Assembly: GCA_963785305.1 (NCBI GenBank)
Contig: CAWAUV010000007.1
Coordinates: 1,152,001 to 1,216,000, forward strand
Length of the DNA: 64,000 bases
Reading direction: 5' to 3'
Source: an uncultured Planctomycetaceae bacterium
GTDB taxonomy: Bacteria > Planctomycetota > Planctomycetia > Pirellulales > PALSA-1355
The position numbers and the translations under genes were made by a program. The notes beneath the pieces were generated by a model, which made no database searches, was not told the origin of the DNA, and saw only the letters and a list, made by a program, of their open reading frames with translations. Below, piece after piece: positions 22,096 to 35,334 of the stretch; within the stretch, counting starts at the first letter, position 1; each line of letters starts with the position of its first letter.

Positions 22096-25000
22096 TCAGC
22101 GATTGACAAGCTCGATTCGCAGCGGGGTCTGGCGCGCATTGCGATCGATCGCCAGCAGGAAGCGGTGTTCTCCCGCGGCGAGCGCGAGCGTTAGTTCGGG
22201 CGCCGTGTCAACCCGGGCGCCGTCGACCCACAATTCGAGCCCGGTGGGATCTTCGATCTTGAGTCGCATGCCCCCCGCCACCGGCGCCTCGGCCGTGAAC
22301 TCGACGAACGAGAGCGACCGGTTGCCGAGCGTGATCCGCGACAAATCGGCCAGCGGCAGCGAGCCCGAGACGGTGCTGTAAATCGGTGCGCCGGCAAGCG
22401 TGGCGGCGTCGCGCTGGGCCACCGCGGCCGGGCCATGCGCCTCGAGGTCGCGCGGGTCGATTTTTTTGGAGTCGAGCGCCCGCCAAGTGCGCACGAATCT
22501 GCGCCTTCGGCGTTTGATAGGGCCCTTCCTTGCCCAGTTCCGAGAGGAATCGCACGAGGTCGATCAGTTCCTCGCGCCGCGCGAGGTTCGCGAGCCCGGC
22601 CGGCATCAGCGAATTGGGGCTCACGGCCTGGCTTTCGACCTCGGCCAAGGGCACGGTGATCTCCTTGCCGGTGTTGTCGCGCAGCACAAGCTCTTTCTCC
22701 GTCTTGCGCACCAAGAGCCCCGCCAAGGTTTGCCCGCTCTCGGTGACGACGAGCGTCGTGTGAAAGTTTTCCTTGATCTTCTTGTTCGGATCGAGGATCG
22801 ATTCGACGAGATAGTCGACCGGGTGCTGGCGCCGAAGCTAACCAGATCGGGCCCCACTTTGCCGCCGGCGCCGGCGATCGAATGGCAATTTTGACACTGC
22901 ACGCGCTGCGCGGCGATACACCGCTTCGCCTCGCTCGGCGCTGCCCGAGCGAGTCACATCGGCGACAAGCGTCGCGATTTGCTCGGCGGTCCAGTGGCCC
23001 GCCGCGGGCGTGAGTCCTCCGGCGGCGGTGAGCGCCGCGGAAAGCTCTTTCAGGTCGCGGCCCGCGGCGTTGGCGCGATTCAGCCCGAGGGTAGCGATCG
23101 GCGCCGGGAGCGATTTTTCACGCAGCGCCGCGGCAAGCACGCGCGGTCCTTCCTTGGCCCGCAGCAGCGCGTCGAACAGCAAGGTCAATTCGCCATCGCT
23201 CGGCGCGGGTTCGCCTGGATTTGCATTGCTCGGCGTTGCATCGCCTGGAGCGATGGCCCATATCGCCACCGCGAGCTCGGCGGCCATGCTCAAATCGAGC
23301 GGCACGAGCGCCGTGGCGGCGGCCAGACGCGCCGAAAGCGACTGCTCGGTGCGGCGTGCAGCGCTTCGAGCGTTTTCTTGGCCGCGGGGCTGCCCAAACC
23401 GGCCAAGCCCTGCATGGCGGCCGAGCGCCGATCGAGCGGCGCGGACGCGTCGGTGGCCACCGCGACCAGCGCCGGTTCGGCCGGCGCCCAGCGCCAAGCT
23501 CCGGCGAGTCGCAGCGCTAGTCGGGCAATCCCATCGTTCTTGTCCGTCGCCAGCGGAATGATCGCTTTCAAATCACCAGTCGGCCGCGCATGGCGTTCGC
23601 TCGCCGCCTTGAGCAAGAGCTCAAGCAGCGCGATCTCGCGGGCCGGGTCGCCCTCGGCGAGCGCGATTGCCCGGTCGAACACCACTCGCAACGCGTCGGG
23701 CCCGCCCATCGCCGCCACCGCCGCCAGGGCTCGCGGTTGATCGGTCGCCGTAATCTTGCCGGCTAGAAACAGGTCGACAATCGCCGTCACCGCTTCGGCG
23801 CGCCCGCCGCGCCCAGGGCATATACCGCCCGGTCGATGTGGCCGTCGAAGGTCAGCCGGCCAGCCGTGAATTCGGGCAGCCACGAGGGCGCCAGTTCGCG
23901 CGCCGTTTGCGAAAGCGCATAGTCGAGAAACGAATCCATCGGCCGCTCGAGCGCCCGCATCGCCAATTCCGCCGCGCGAGCATCGCGCAACTGGCGCAGC
24001 GAAGCCACCGCTTCGAGCCGCACTCGCGGGTGCTCGTCGGCCACGCTCGTGGCCAGAAGCTCATACACATCGGGACTGCCCGAAACTGCGCCGACCCCAA
24101 TGATAGAGCACGCGCGTGGCGGCGGCCCGGGCATGAAAGTCGGGCGAGGCCAACACGGCGCGCAACAGGTCCGGCTCGACGACATCGAGCGCCTGGGCCA
24201 GCCACAGCGCCTCGAGCCGCCGGTGCTCGAAGTCGGGATTCTGGGCGTCGAGCTTCGCCACCCATTCCTTCAAGGCCGGCGCCACCGCCGCGGCGCCGCG
24301 CGACTTGAGCACGCGCTTGGCCATGTCGCGCGAATAGGCTTCCGGCTCCGCGAGCACGGCGAGCAGCTCGGGGGTGGACATCGCATCGAACTTTCGCGCC
24401 GCCACGAGCGGGCGCGGCTTATAGACCATGCGCCAGATGCGCCCATGGGTCAAATCGCGCCGCGGATCGCGGAAATCGACTTCGCCATGGTTGATGATCG
24501 GGTTGTAAAAATCGGCGATATACAGCGCCCCATCGGGCCCCAGCTTGATATCCACCGGTCGAAAAGCCACATGATCGCTCGTGAGCAGATCGCCCAGGCG
24601 CGTCGAGGCGAAGCCCGAGCCGTTGTCGCTCAGTTCGAAGCGGGCAATTCGATGTCCGCGAAAATCGTTGGTCACGATCGAGCCGATCCATTCGGGAGGA
24701 ACCTGCCGGCCCGAGAGCACCTCGTGGCTACAAAGCTTGGGCTGCCCGGGATTGAGGCCCGGCAAAATCCGCGGCGGCTCATAAGCGGCGGCGTAGTAGG
24801 CGTCGGGCAGAAGGAAATTGATGCCTTCGACCCCGGCGCCATCGGTGACGAAGGATTGACCCCAGGCGTCGAACTGATGCCCCCAGGCGTTCCACCAACC
24901 GCGCCGAAGACATCCATTTGCAATGTCTCGGGCCGCAGCCGCCAAATGCCGCCGGCCATCAGGCGGCGCACGCCCCAGGGGGTTTCGAGGTGCGTGTGGA

Positions 25001-25637
25001 TATAGACCGACTGGTTCATATACAACAGTCCCTCGGGACCCCAGCGAAAGGTGTGCAGAATATGGTGCGTGTCTTCCGTGCCGAAGCCGGAGAAGAGCAC
25101 TCGCGTCGCGTCGGCGCGGCCATCGCCATTGGTGTCTTTTAGATGCAGCAACTCGGTGGAATTGGCCACAAAGGCGCCGCCATCGCCGGGCGCCACGCCG
25201 GTGGGAATCAAGAGGCCATCGGCAAAGGTCGTCGCTTTGTCGGCCCGGCCGTCGTGGTCGGTGTCTTCGAGCACGATGATCTTGTCGTCGGCCTTCTGGC
25301 CCGGCTTGATCTGGGGGTAGGTGGCGCTCGTGGCCACCCAGAGCCGGCCGGCCGGATCGAAATTCATCTGGATCGGCTTGGGGATCATCGGATCGGCGGC
25401 GAAGAGCGAGATTTCCCAGCCCTCGGCCGGGCGAAACGATTGCTGTTCGAGCGCCGGGTCAGCGTCGGGAATCTCGCTCGCCGCCGGGCCGACAGCCCGA
25501 GTCGGCGTCGCCGCGCCGAGCAGAAGCGCCAGGATCACACCGGCGCGAAGCAGCGCTCGCTTTCCCTTCGCCGCGATCAGGCGTCGCTCGGCGCCCGCAA
25601 GCGTGAACAATCCAAAAGTAAACAGCGGATGAACCAT
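22096..25637 (-). CDS. PVC-type membrane-bound dehydrogenase domain / HEAT-repeat / CxxCH cytochrome c protein (about 7 frameshifts)
   Basis: N-terminal propeller (FAADPMIPKPIQMNFD, LEDTDHDGRADK, FGTEDTHH, FRPVDIKLGPDGALYIADFYNPIINHGE), HEAT repeats (DEHPRVRLEAV), CQNCHSI...VGPDL and SLMPAGL...DLVRFL. Confidence 0.85.
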
Positions 25638-25727
25638 AGCGAGTCAATTCCTTGAAAGAGAAAAACGTGCGCCGAAGCGCGGCATGGCTTTTAGCGAGTT
25701 CGTGTCGTGTTTCGATCCGAAGGAAGT

Positions 25728-25820
25728 CTCACGCGCGGGCACGGAGACCGTGGAGCGCGAAGAGCGGCGGCGATCTTCGTCAATTCAATCCATCTCCGCG
25801 TCTCCGCGTCTCCGCGTGAG
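25728..25820. repeat. REP-like element with 8-bp tandem units
   Basis: CTCACGCG...CACGGAGACCGTGGAG pairs imperfectly with CTCCGCGTCTCCGCGTCTCCGCGTGAG. Confidence 0.5.
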
Positions 25821-25861
25821 TCTTCCTTAATTCCCGCGTGTCGCGCGGTTCGCGCGCTATC

Positions 25862-27148
25862 TCACGGCTTCGCCGCGACCCGCTCGAGCACAAAACGATG
25901 CTCCGGCGGTTTGCGGAGCGCGGCGATTGCTTGTTCCTCGGCGGCGACGAGCGGATCGAACTGAGGCATCTCGACCGCGTTGCGCCCTTGTTCATTCTTG
26001 CGGAAACCGAAGATATAGGTCTCATTGGCCGGGCGGAAGCGATGAAAGAATAGCTCGTTTTTCTTGACGATCGTCGCGCGAAGCCGCTCGGCTTGGGCAC
26101 GATCGGGATCATCGGCAAGCCGCACGCCGGCTGCCCATTCGGCGCCGGTTTTGGTGAGCTCGGTGGCGTGGTCGTCGATGCTGAGCGCATAGCGCTCGCC
26201 GGCCGCGAGCCCCGCCACGGCCAGCACCGGCGGCGGCGGCACAAGCGCCGCGGCGCTCGGCGGCGAGTCGGCCGGTGGCGGCGGCGATGGCAACTTCATT
26301 CGGTTATACGAAAACGCAATTCGCCCCTCGCCTTCGCGGGCGACCGCCGGGCCATGAACATCGATCTCGATCCGGGCCACACGCGTGTCCATCGCGTTCA
26401 ATGAAGCTCCGCTCGGCGAATTAATGAGCGAATCGACGGCCAGCGGCGCCAACCGCCAATAGCCGTAGGCCGTGAAATGCACGCCGTCGTCGGTCAGGAG
26501 CCGGCGCGAATCGGCCGGTTCGTCGGCCAGCAGTGGAAAGAGGTTCATCGTATAGCAGCCGCGCTCCGAGGCGATGTCGAGCAGCCGTTTGCTGTAAAGA
26601 TCGAGTTGGGCGTTGTGGGCCGAGGCGTCGGGCAGGGGAGGGGGGGCCGATTCGCCACGCGGCGGCGTGATGAGCACTACCCGCGCTTTGTGCTGGGCAA
26701 GCAGATCGAGCAGCCGGCCGAGCCCTTTGGAAAACGATTCGAGCCCGGCCTCGCCTTGCCACGACTCGGCCCAACCATAGCCCACCAGCGCTACCGTCGG
26801 TTGGAATTGTTCGAGCGCCGTCGCAAGCCGCTGAAAGCCGCCCTCCGGCTTGTCGAAATACGAACGCGCATCGCCAAACACGGTGTCGCCCGACCAAGCC
26901 AGATTGCGAAACACAGTGTTGCGGTCGGGAAAGCGGCTGACGAGCGCGGTCTCGAGGTAGCCATAGCGCTGATCGCGCTCGAGAAAAGTGGCGCCGATGA
27001 ACACCGCCCGATCGCCATCGCGAAGCTCAAAGGGTTCGCTGGGCGGCGCCGCGGCGAGCGGCCGCGAGTCGGCGATCGCCCCCGCAAACCAACAGGCGAA
27101 GAGAAGGGTCGAAACTACGCGAATCCGAAGAAGCGACGAATTCATCAT
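25862..27148 (-). CDS. SGNH/GDSL-hydrolase-like secreted protein (planctomycete type)
   Basis: 3' part of the 966-aa ORF: signal peptide, DGDRAVFIGATFLER, FRNLAWSGDTV, GYGWAES, LTDDGVHFTAYGY and KKNELFFHRFRPANETYIFGFRKNEQG. Confidence 0.75.
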   Translation of the reverse strand: MMNSSLLRIRVVSTLLFACWFAGAIADSRPLAAAPPSEPFELRDGDRAVFIGATFLERDQRYGYLETALVSRFPDRNTVFRNLAWSGDTVFGDARSYFDKPEGGFQRLATALEQFQPTVALVGYGWAESWQGEAGLESFSKGLGRLLDLLAQHKARVVLITPPRGESAPPPLPDASAHNAQLDLYSKRLLDIASERGCYTMNLFPLLADEPADSRRLLTDDGVHFTAYGYWRLAPLAVDSLINSPSGASLNAMDTRVARIEIDVHGPAVAREGEGRIAFSYNRMKLPSPPPPADSPPSAAALVPPPPVLAVAGLAAGERYALSIDDHATELTKTGAEWAAGVRLADDPDRAQAERLRATIVKKNELFFHRFRPANETYIFGFRKNEQGRNAVEMPQFDPLVAAEEQAIAALRKPPEHRFVLERVAAKP

Positions 27149-27490
27149 GGGAGCCGCAAATTCTGGTATTAGGTGCATATACTCGATGAACGACAAGCAC
27201 GACGCGGGCATCGTCCGGCCCAGCGGCGAGCTGGACAAAATCTGCTTAACTGCTATTCGGTCATGCGCCGCGCCGAAAGTCAAGCGGCAGGGCACACGAT
27301 AGGCGGCTGCGGCGAGCCGCCCTTGGTCTCGTGGCCGCCAATAGAGTTTTGTATCAATAACAGCCAGCGTCGCTACGATCGCCCGCCGCCCGTAGACCCA
27401 GCGCCAGCCGCGGGGTAAACTGCTCGATCTTCCTTTTGCGGCCGGCCCATGGGCTCGGCGCGATTCTTTCAGGCGAGCGGTGCGATTTTT

Positions 27491-29119
<1,629 letters not shown>

Positions 29120-29121
29120 CC

Positions 29122-29615
29122 ATGACCGCCGATGCAAAACCCCGCGTGGGCATCATCATGGGCAGCCAGTCCGACTGGGAAACGCTGCGCCATGCCGCCG
29201 AAACCCTCACGCGCTTCGGCGTGTCCCATGAGTGCCGGGTCGTGTCGGCCCATCGCACTCCGGATTCGATGCGCGAATACGCGCTCGGCGCCGAGGAGCG
29301 CGGCCTGGCGGTGATCATCGCCGGGGCGGGCGGCGCGGCGCATTTGCCCGGCATGGTCGCGGCGCACACGCTGCTGCCGGTCTTGGGCGTGCCGGTCGAG
29401 TCGCATGCGCTCAAGGGGCTCGATTCGCTGCTGTCGATCGTGCAGATGCCCGGCGGAGTTCCGGTGGCGACACTGGCGATCGGCAAGGCGGGCGCCATCA
29501 ACGCCGCGCTCCTGGCGGTGAGCATTCTTTCCGTGAGCGACGCCGCGCTCCGCGAGCGGCTGCGCGAATTTCGCGCGAGCAAACGGCGCGCGTGCTCGAA
29601 GTAAAATTGCCGTGA
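29122..29615 (+). CDS. purE: N5-CAIR mutase (frameshift in the last ~12 codons)
   Basis: [50 protein letters not shown]. Confidence 0.96.
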
Positions 29616-29622
29616 GACTCCG

Positions 29623-30785
29623 ATGACGCAACTCCCGTCGCCCTCGCATCGCCCGATCCTTCCCGGCGCCACGGTCGGAGTGCTCGGCAGCGGACAACTC
29701 GGCCGCATGTTCGCCATCGCCGCCCGACGGCTGGGCTATCGCGTCCATACATTCTCGCCCGACGACGACACGCCCACCGGCCAAGTGGCCGATGTCGAGA
29801 TTCGCGCCGCCTACGATGATCTCGACCGGGTGCGCGAATTCGCGGCCGGCGTCGATGTGGTGACCTTCGAATTCGAGAATGTGTCAAGCGCCGCCGCCAC
29901 CGCCGCCGCCCAGCGGGCGCCGGTGCGTCCCTCGGGCGAGGTGCTCTACATCACGCAGCATCGCCTCCGCGAAAAAACGTTTTTGCGCGACGCCGGCTTT
30001 CCTGTAACGCCGTTTCGCGCCGTGCGATCGCTCGCCGAGCTCGATGCGGCCATTGCCGAACTCGGTTGCCCGGCCGTGCTCAAAACAGCCGGCTGGGGCT
30101 ACGACGGCAAAGGCCAACGCAAGCTCCTCGCCGCCGCCGACGCTCCCCGGGCCTGGACCGAGCTCGCTACCGACGAAGCGGTGCTCGAGGCCTTTATCGA
30201 CTTCGACCGCGAGCTCTCGGTCGTGGCGGCGCCGCGGACTCGATGGCCAGATCGCCGACTTCGGCGTGTTCGCCAATTCGCATGTGAATCATATTCTCGA
30301 CGTGACCACCGCTCCGGCCGATGTGCCTGACGCGCGTGGCTGCCCAGGCGGTGGCGATCGCTCGCGAGACACTCGCGGCGCTCGATGTGGTGGGCGTGCT
30401 CTGTGTCGAGTTCTTCTTGGGTCGCGATGAACAATTGATGATCAACGAGCTCGCGCCCCGCCCCCACAACTCCGGCCATCTCACGGTCGATGCCTCGCTC
30501 ACCAGCCAGTTCGAGCAACAGCTTCGGGCCATCTGCGGCCTGCCGCTCGGCTCGACCGAAATGCTGCGTCCGGCGGCGATGGTCAACCTGTTGGGCGATC
30601 TGTGGAATGACGGCGTGCCCGATTGGGTCGCCGCCTGCCGCTTTCCCGAGGTGAAACTGCATCTCTACGGCAAGCAGTCCGCCCGGCCGGGCCGCAAGAT
30701 GGGCCACCTGACAGCCCTGGCGTCCACGCCCGGCGAAGCCCGCCGCATGGCGCTTGCCGCTCGCGAGGCGCTCACCGCCCGATAG
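29623..30785 (+). CDS. purK: N5-CAIR synthase (frameshifts near 30230 and 30330)
   Basis: [54 protein letters not shown]. Follows purE. Confidence 0.95.
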
Positions 30786-30994
30786 ACACGCCGCCTCGAG
30801 CGGCGAGGCGGCGCGATCGGCTAATCGCTCCAGCCGGCGCCGTCCGCGCGATCCTCCCAAAGCGATCGTCCGGGCCAATGCCTTTGTCCGCGCCATCGGC
30901 AATCTTTCGCTTATCGGGCAGGATTCGCAGAACCTCTCATTTTTCTTAACCGCTAAGATTTGACGCGCCCCGGAGTCCGATGCTAAAGCCTGCA

Positions 30995-31492
30995 ATGGAG
31001 CCTTCCCCTCGTTCTGCTCGTCTGCCAAGAAGCGGCAGCGAGCATCACCCCGCCGGAGACTCGCCCGTGCAGAAAACGAAGAAAGCCAGCCCGATCGTCA
31101 CCCTGGATCAGCGGAGCGGCAAGGAACGTCGCGGAACATCGCGTCGTGAGAAGGCGGTGGCCACGCCGGTCGATCGCCGAGTGACCGCTCAGCCGCGGCG
31201 CGAGAAGGTAAATCGTCGGCGGCAGATCGACCCAACGACCTGCGAGCGAGACTACACCGACGACGAAGTCGAGTTCATGCACGCCTTGGATCGCTACAAG
31301 CGGACCAGCGGACGCATGTTTCCCACATGCAGCGAGGTGCTCGAAGTGCTTCGCGATCTTGGCTACCGGAAAGTCGCCGCGGCGGCGAGCGTCGCCATCG
31401 ACCCGGCGCAAAGTTCGGCCAAACAATCGACGAGCGTTCTTGCGGCCGGCGCTTCGGTCGCCTCGGAAGTCGACATGAACGAAGAAGAGTGA
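30995..31492 (+). CDS. Conserved planctomycete-type hypothetical protein
   Basis: Arg-rich ERR/DRR segment followed by [14 protein letters not shown]...[32 protein letters not shown]. The start could be 30980. Confidence 0.65.
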   Translation: MEPSPRSARLPRSGSEHHPAGDSPVQKTKKASPIVTLDQRSGKERRGTSRREKAVATPVDRRVTAQPRREKVNRRRQIDPTTCERDYTDDEVEFMHALDRYKRTSGRMFPTCSEVLEVLRDLGYRKVAAAASVAIDPAQSSAKQSTSVLAAGASVASEVDMNEEE

Positions 31493-31609
31493 TCGCCCGC
31501 CGGATCGGCCTCGCTGAGCATTGCTCTCCTCGATACGCGAGGCATCGGGCAAATGAAGTCGCCATCCGCCCCAAACACGGGGGAAGGACACATTCGTCGG
31601 CTCCGGCGG

Positions 31610-32305
31610 CTAATACCCGCCGGAGCCGCCGCCCATTCCCGTGGCGCTATTGGGCCCGATGCCGGTCGGACCATTGGGACCGACCTGCAACTGCTGATAG
31701 CCGGGCGACGGATCGATCGGCTCGGCGCCGGATTCCCATTCGTTGCCGGCCGAGCCGCGCATGCCTTCAACGCCATTGCGCGGCAATGTGTCGACATTGC
31801 CAACCGGCTTTGGTCTGCCCGGAAACAAATTGGGAAACCACTGTCGCCGCGGGGCAGGGGGGGGCAGCGGTGGCGTGGCTTGCGTGGCCTGACGCAGATT
31901 TTCGGCCCGCCCCAGCAACTGCTCGGTCGGCACGATCACCTGCGGCTGAAGTTGATAATCGAGCACGCGCTCATCGCGAATCTCGCCCGGAATCAAGTTC
32001 TCGGTAACGAAGTCGAAACCGAAGTATTGATACCAGGGGGCGGGAATCGGTTGGAGCAGCGTGAGAGTTTCGTAGCCGTCTTTAATCAAGCGGATTTTGC
32101 GAGTGCCGTAGTAGATGAAGTCGTGGGAGACCGGCGTGACGCCGATTTCGTGATCGTCGACATACAGCAGCGCGCCCGGCGGATTGGTGCGCACCGTCAA
32201 CCGTCGCTGCACGCAGCCCGCGCCGACGAGCGCGAGCCCGGCGAGCGCTCCGTGGAGCGCGCGGCGAAGCCAAGGCGAGCGGCGAGTTGACGAGCGACCG
32301 TCCAA
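31610..32305 (-). CDS. PEGA-domain lipoprotein
   Basis: Lipobox-like VGAGC, followed by VQRRLTVRTNPPGALLYVDDHEIGVTPV...YYGTRKIRLIKDGYET. Confidence 0.8.
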   Translation of the reverse strand: MDGRSSTRRSPWLRRALHGALAGLALVGAGCVQRRLTVRTNPPGALLYVDDHEIGVTPVSHDFIYYGTRKIRLIKDGYETLTLLQPIPAPWYQYFGFDFVTENLIPGEIRDERVLDYQLQPQVIVPTEQLLGRAENLRQATQATPPLPPPAPRRQWFPNLFPGRPKPVGNVDTLPRNGVEGMRGSAGNEWESGAEPIDPSPGYQQLQVGPNGPTGIGPNSATGMGGGSGGY

Positions 32306-32767
32306 CGAAGCGTTCCGCGAGTTGCTGAAAAAAGACCGCTCCCGGAATCGGAGCGTCGACCTGAAAGGGCGCGAAGTATATCGCCCGCCCGCGACTCAGG
32401 CCAGACGGGTTTGGCGGCGGCGAGACGGCGGAGACGGCGAGACGGTGGGAAGGTGGGAAGGGCGAACGATCGACGGCGTATGCTTCTGCTAGCATCCCGT
32501 GAATCGTTCGCCTACAATCCGACTACCACGCGTGCGGGTCATTCAGACCACGACGATGGCACGGTCTCGAATGGCCTTTGAGTCGCGAAAACCCTGGTGT
32601 CCAGGTCGCGCGTTCGGCTGTGGTCGCGCTGGGCCGAGTCAGACGCACGTAAAACGACAAGCTTGGTGTCCTACGAGTTTTGCCGAAAGGCAAGTTCGAG
32701 AAATTAAGGGGCTCATTGGCTGGCAGCCGCTACACGGTGTCCCTGCCGTGCGCCGAAAGGAGGATCG

Positions 32768-34521
32768 GTGATCACGCGCGTGCAAGTTCGGTATTTCAAA
32801 CGATTTGAAGAACATTCGATCGATGTTCCCGAACATGTCGTGCTGGCTGGACCGAACAATTCCGGGAAGACCACGCTCCTCCAAGCGATAACGCTTTGGG
32901 ATTTGGCATGCGACGATGGAAGGCCAAGCGGCTACCCAATGGCGACAGTCCGTTTTCGCGATCCAAAGCGAAACAGCGGACCGGGGTCCCGATTACGCGC
33001 AAGGATTTCACGGCGTTGCCGTTACAGGCAATGAGCCAACTTTGGACCGACACGCTCACCGCTCTTTCGAAGTCGGACCGCGGCTATGAAAAATCCGGGG
33101 AACCTCGTGTTCTCTCGATCTCGCTCCTTGGTAAGTCGAGTGAGGGTCCGTGGAAGTTGGGTTTTGAATTTCGCTACCAAAATACTGAGCTAATCTATGT
33201 CAAGCCGCAGCCGGAGCACCTCGACGATCTGCCGAAGGCTGCACAGGACCTATCCATTGTGCATGTGCCCCCATTCTCGGGCATCGGCCCCGAAGAAACT
33301 CGCTACGATCGCGAATACCAAGATGTGCTGACCGGACAGGGCAAACCCGGCGACATTCTGCGAAACTTATTGCTCGATGTTCACAAAACGAACCCGAGCG
33401 AATGGAACGAGTTGACGGGCGAGATCGAACGAATTTTCAAGGTTCGGCTTCTTGCGCCCGAGTACGAGGGGCGGCCGTTCATTCTCTGCCGTTACCTGTC
33501 CGGTGTTCCTGGAGGCAAAGGCAAGGGCGGGCTGCCGGAACTCGACATCGCGACCGCGGGAAGCGGATTCCTGCAAGTGCTGACGTTGCTGGGGTTCATA
33601 TATGCGCGCTGCGCGACCGTGCTGCTGTTGGACGAGCCGGATGCTCATCTCCATGTCATCTTGCAGAAGCAAATTTACGATCGCTTACGGTCGCTGGCGT
33701 CGGAACGTCGCTGCCAAGTAATTATTGCAACGCACTCCGAAGTGCTGATCGATTCGACCAGCCCACGCGATATTATCTCATTTTATGGCGATCCCCACCC
33801 ACTGTTGAACGACACGGAACGTGATCAGGTGCGTGAGGCACTCAAGCGACTAACCGCCGTCGACTTGCTTCTCGCCGATCATGCGAGTGGCGTTCTGTAT
33901 CTTGAAGGGCAGTCGGATTTCGACTTGCTTCAGGCCTTCGCCAAGGCCCTCGAACACCCGCTGTATACCCAATGGTTCATGAATCGGCCCTTGTGGCACA
34001 ATAATCAAGGTCGCAATCCGAGGGAGGCCAAGGCGCATTTCTTCGCGATGCGCAATCCGTCCGGAACTCAACGGTTACCTGCTACTTGATGGTGACAATC
34101 GAGATTTGCCGGACCGAGAACTTCAGGGCGGCGGCCTGGAGATCGGCCGTTGGCGTCGCTACGAGGTCGAAAGCTACCTTGTGCATCCCGTCGCGCTGGC
34201 TCGTTTTCTTGAGTCGGACAAAGTTCCGGAGTTGCTGCGAGCGCCGCGGAAAAGTTTCTCCGCGATGCCCTGCCTCCCGCTGTTTATCGCAAGCCAGTAG
34301 CCTCGCACGATTACCTGGAGCGAACGCCGGCCAGCAAAACTCTATTACCCGAATATTTCGCGGCGGCGGACATCGGCATTTCAAAAAACGAGTATTATCG
34401 CATCGCCGAGCAGATGATGCCCGCGGAAATCGCGGAAGAAGTTCGCGAGAAGCTCGATGCAATTGCGACCGCGTTCGGCGTCGACCTCACGATGGCCGAT
34501 CGAGACGTGGCGGCGGAGTAG
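32768..34521 (+). CDS. ABC-type (AAA_15/AAA_21-like) ATPase fused to a TOPRIM domain, OLD-family-like nuclease; several frameshifts
   Basis: RBS AAGGAGG. MITRVQVRYFKRF, Walker A GPNNSGKTT, signature-like AGSGFLQ, Walker B LLLDEPDAHLH, H-loop IATHS, and TOPRIM motifs LYLEGQSD, LLDGD and WRRYEVESYL. Ends ...DRDVAAE* at 34521. Confidence 0.75.
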
Positions 34522-34580
34522 CAGTATCGAGTCCCCGGGAGGAATCTCGCGAGAGCTATCGCGGGCAATCGCCGCCTTAA

Positions 34581-34607
34581 CAGCCTGTTGAATATTTCAT
34601 CAGGCTG
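34581..34607. repeat. Mini-palindrome (GCCTGTTGA...TCAACAGGC family), copy 1
   Basis: CAGCCTGTTGAATATTTCATCAGGCTG, between convergent genes. Confidence 0.65.
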
Positions 34608-34627
34608 CCGCGCCGAACCGGCATGGT

Positions 34628-35005
34628 TCATTTCGGCGCCGGGTGTTTATCGGCCCGGATCATTTTGCTGTTGGCGTTTTCTTCTTGGTTGAGTTGCCGG
34701 TCTTCGCCGCGGGTCAGGAAGCCGCCATTGGCCCGCACATCGGCGTGTTCCTGCCGCTTGATCGCGTTGTCGTTTGCTTCGAGTTGACGGGCTTGCGCCG
34801 GCGAGAGCTTGCCCCGGTCGACGCCTTCGGCAATGCGGTATCGCTGCCGTGCGACACGCATATTCACTTCATCGCGCCGCGGATGCTGCCGCGCGAAACG
34901 ATTGCCCGCGACGCCCACCGGATTGCCGCGCCGCGCCGAAGCCGTCGCCGTGGGCACAAGTAAGATCGCCGCCAACAAGGGAATTGCAAAGCTTCGCCAT
35001 GGCAT
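34628..35005 (-). CDS. Small secreted helical hypothetical protein
   Basis: Signal peptide, then HPRRDEVNMR...QRYRIAEGVDRGKLS...ANGGFLTRGEDRQLNQEENANS repeat-like helices. Confidence 0.7.
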   Translation of the reverse strand: MPWRSFAIPLLAAILLVPTATASARRGNPVGVAGNRFARQHPRRDEVNMRVARQRYRIAEGVDRGKLSPAQARQLEANDNAIKRQEHADVRANGGFLTRGEDRQLNQEENANSKMIRADKHPAPK

Positions 35006-35334
35006 GACGAATACCCCTTCTCTTCGCGCGACGCCGCTCGCGCTCGGGCCGGCTCCGCTTGGAGTCTGTTGCGTTTTTGCCCGGCGCGATCACGGATCGC
35101 GGTTGCCTAAACGATCTAACCCGTCGTGAGCGGCAACGCGTCGCGGCGCGAGTCCGATCTGACGAGAAGGTAATGAACCGCCGCGAAATCGGCTTTTTTA
35201 AACACCAGCGCGCGTTTTGCACGTTTCAAAAACGGGCAAACGCCATCTATACTTGGGGCATCGAACAACCTCGCGCTTCTCCCGCCCGGCGGCGCCGCGC
35301 CGCCTCGCTCCCCGCAACTCGCCCGTTTTTCGCC

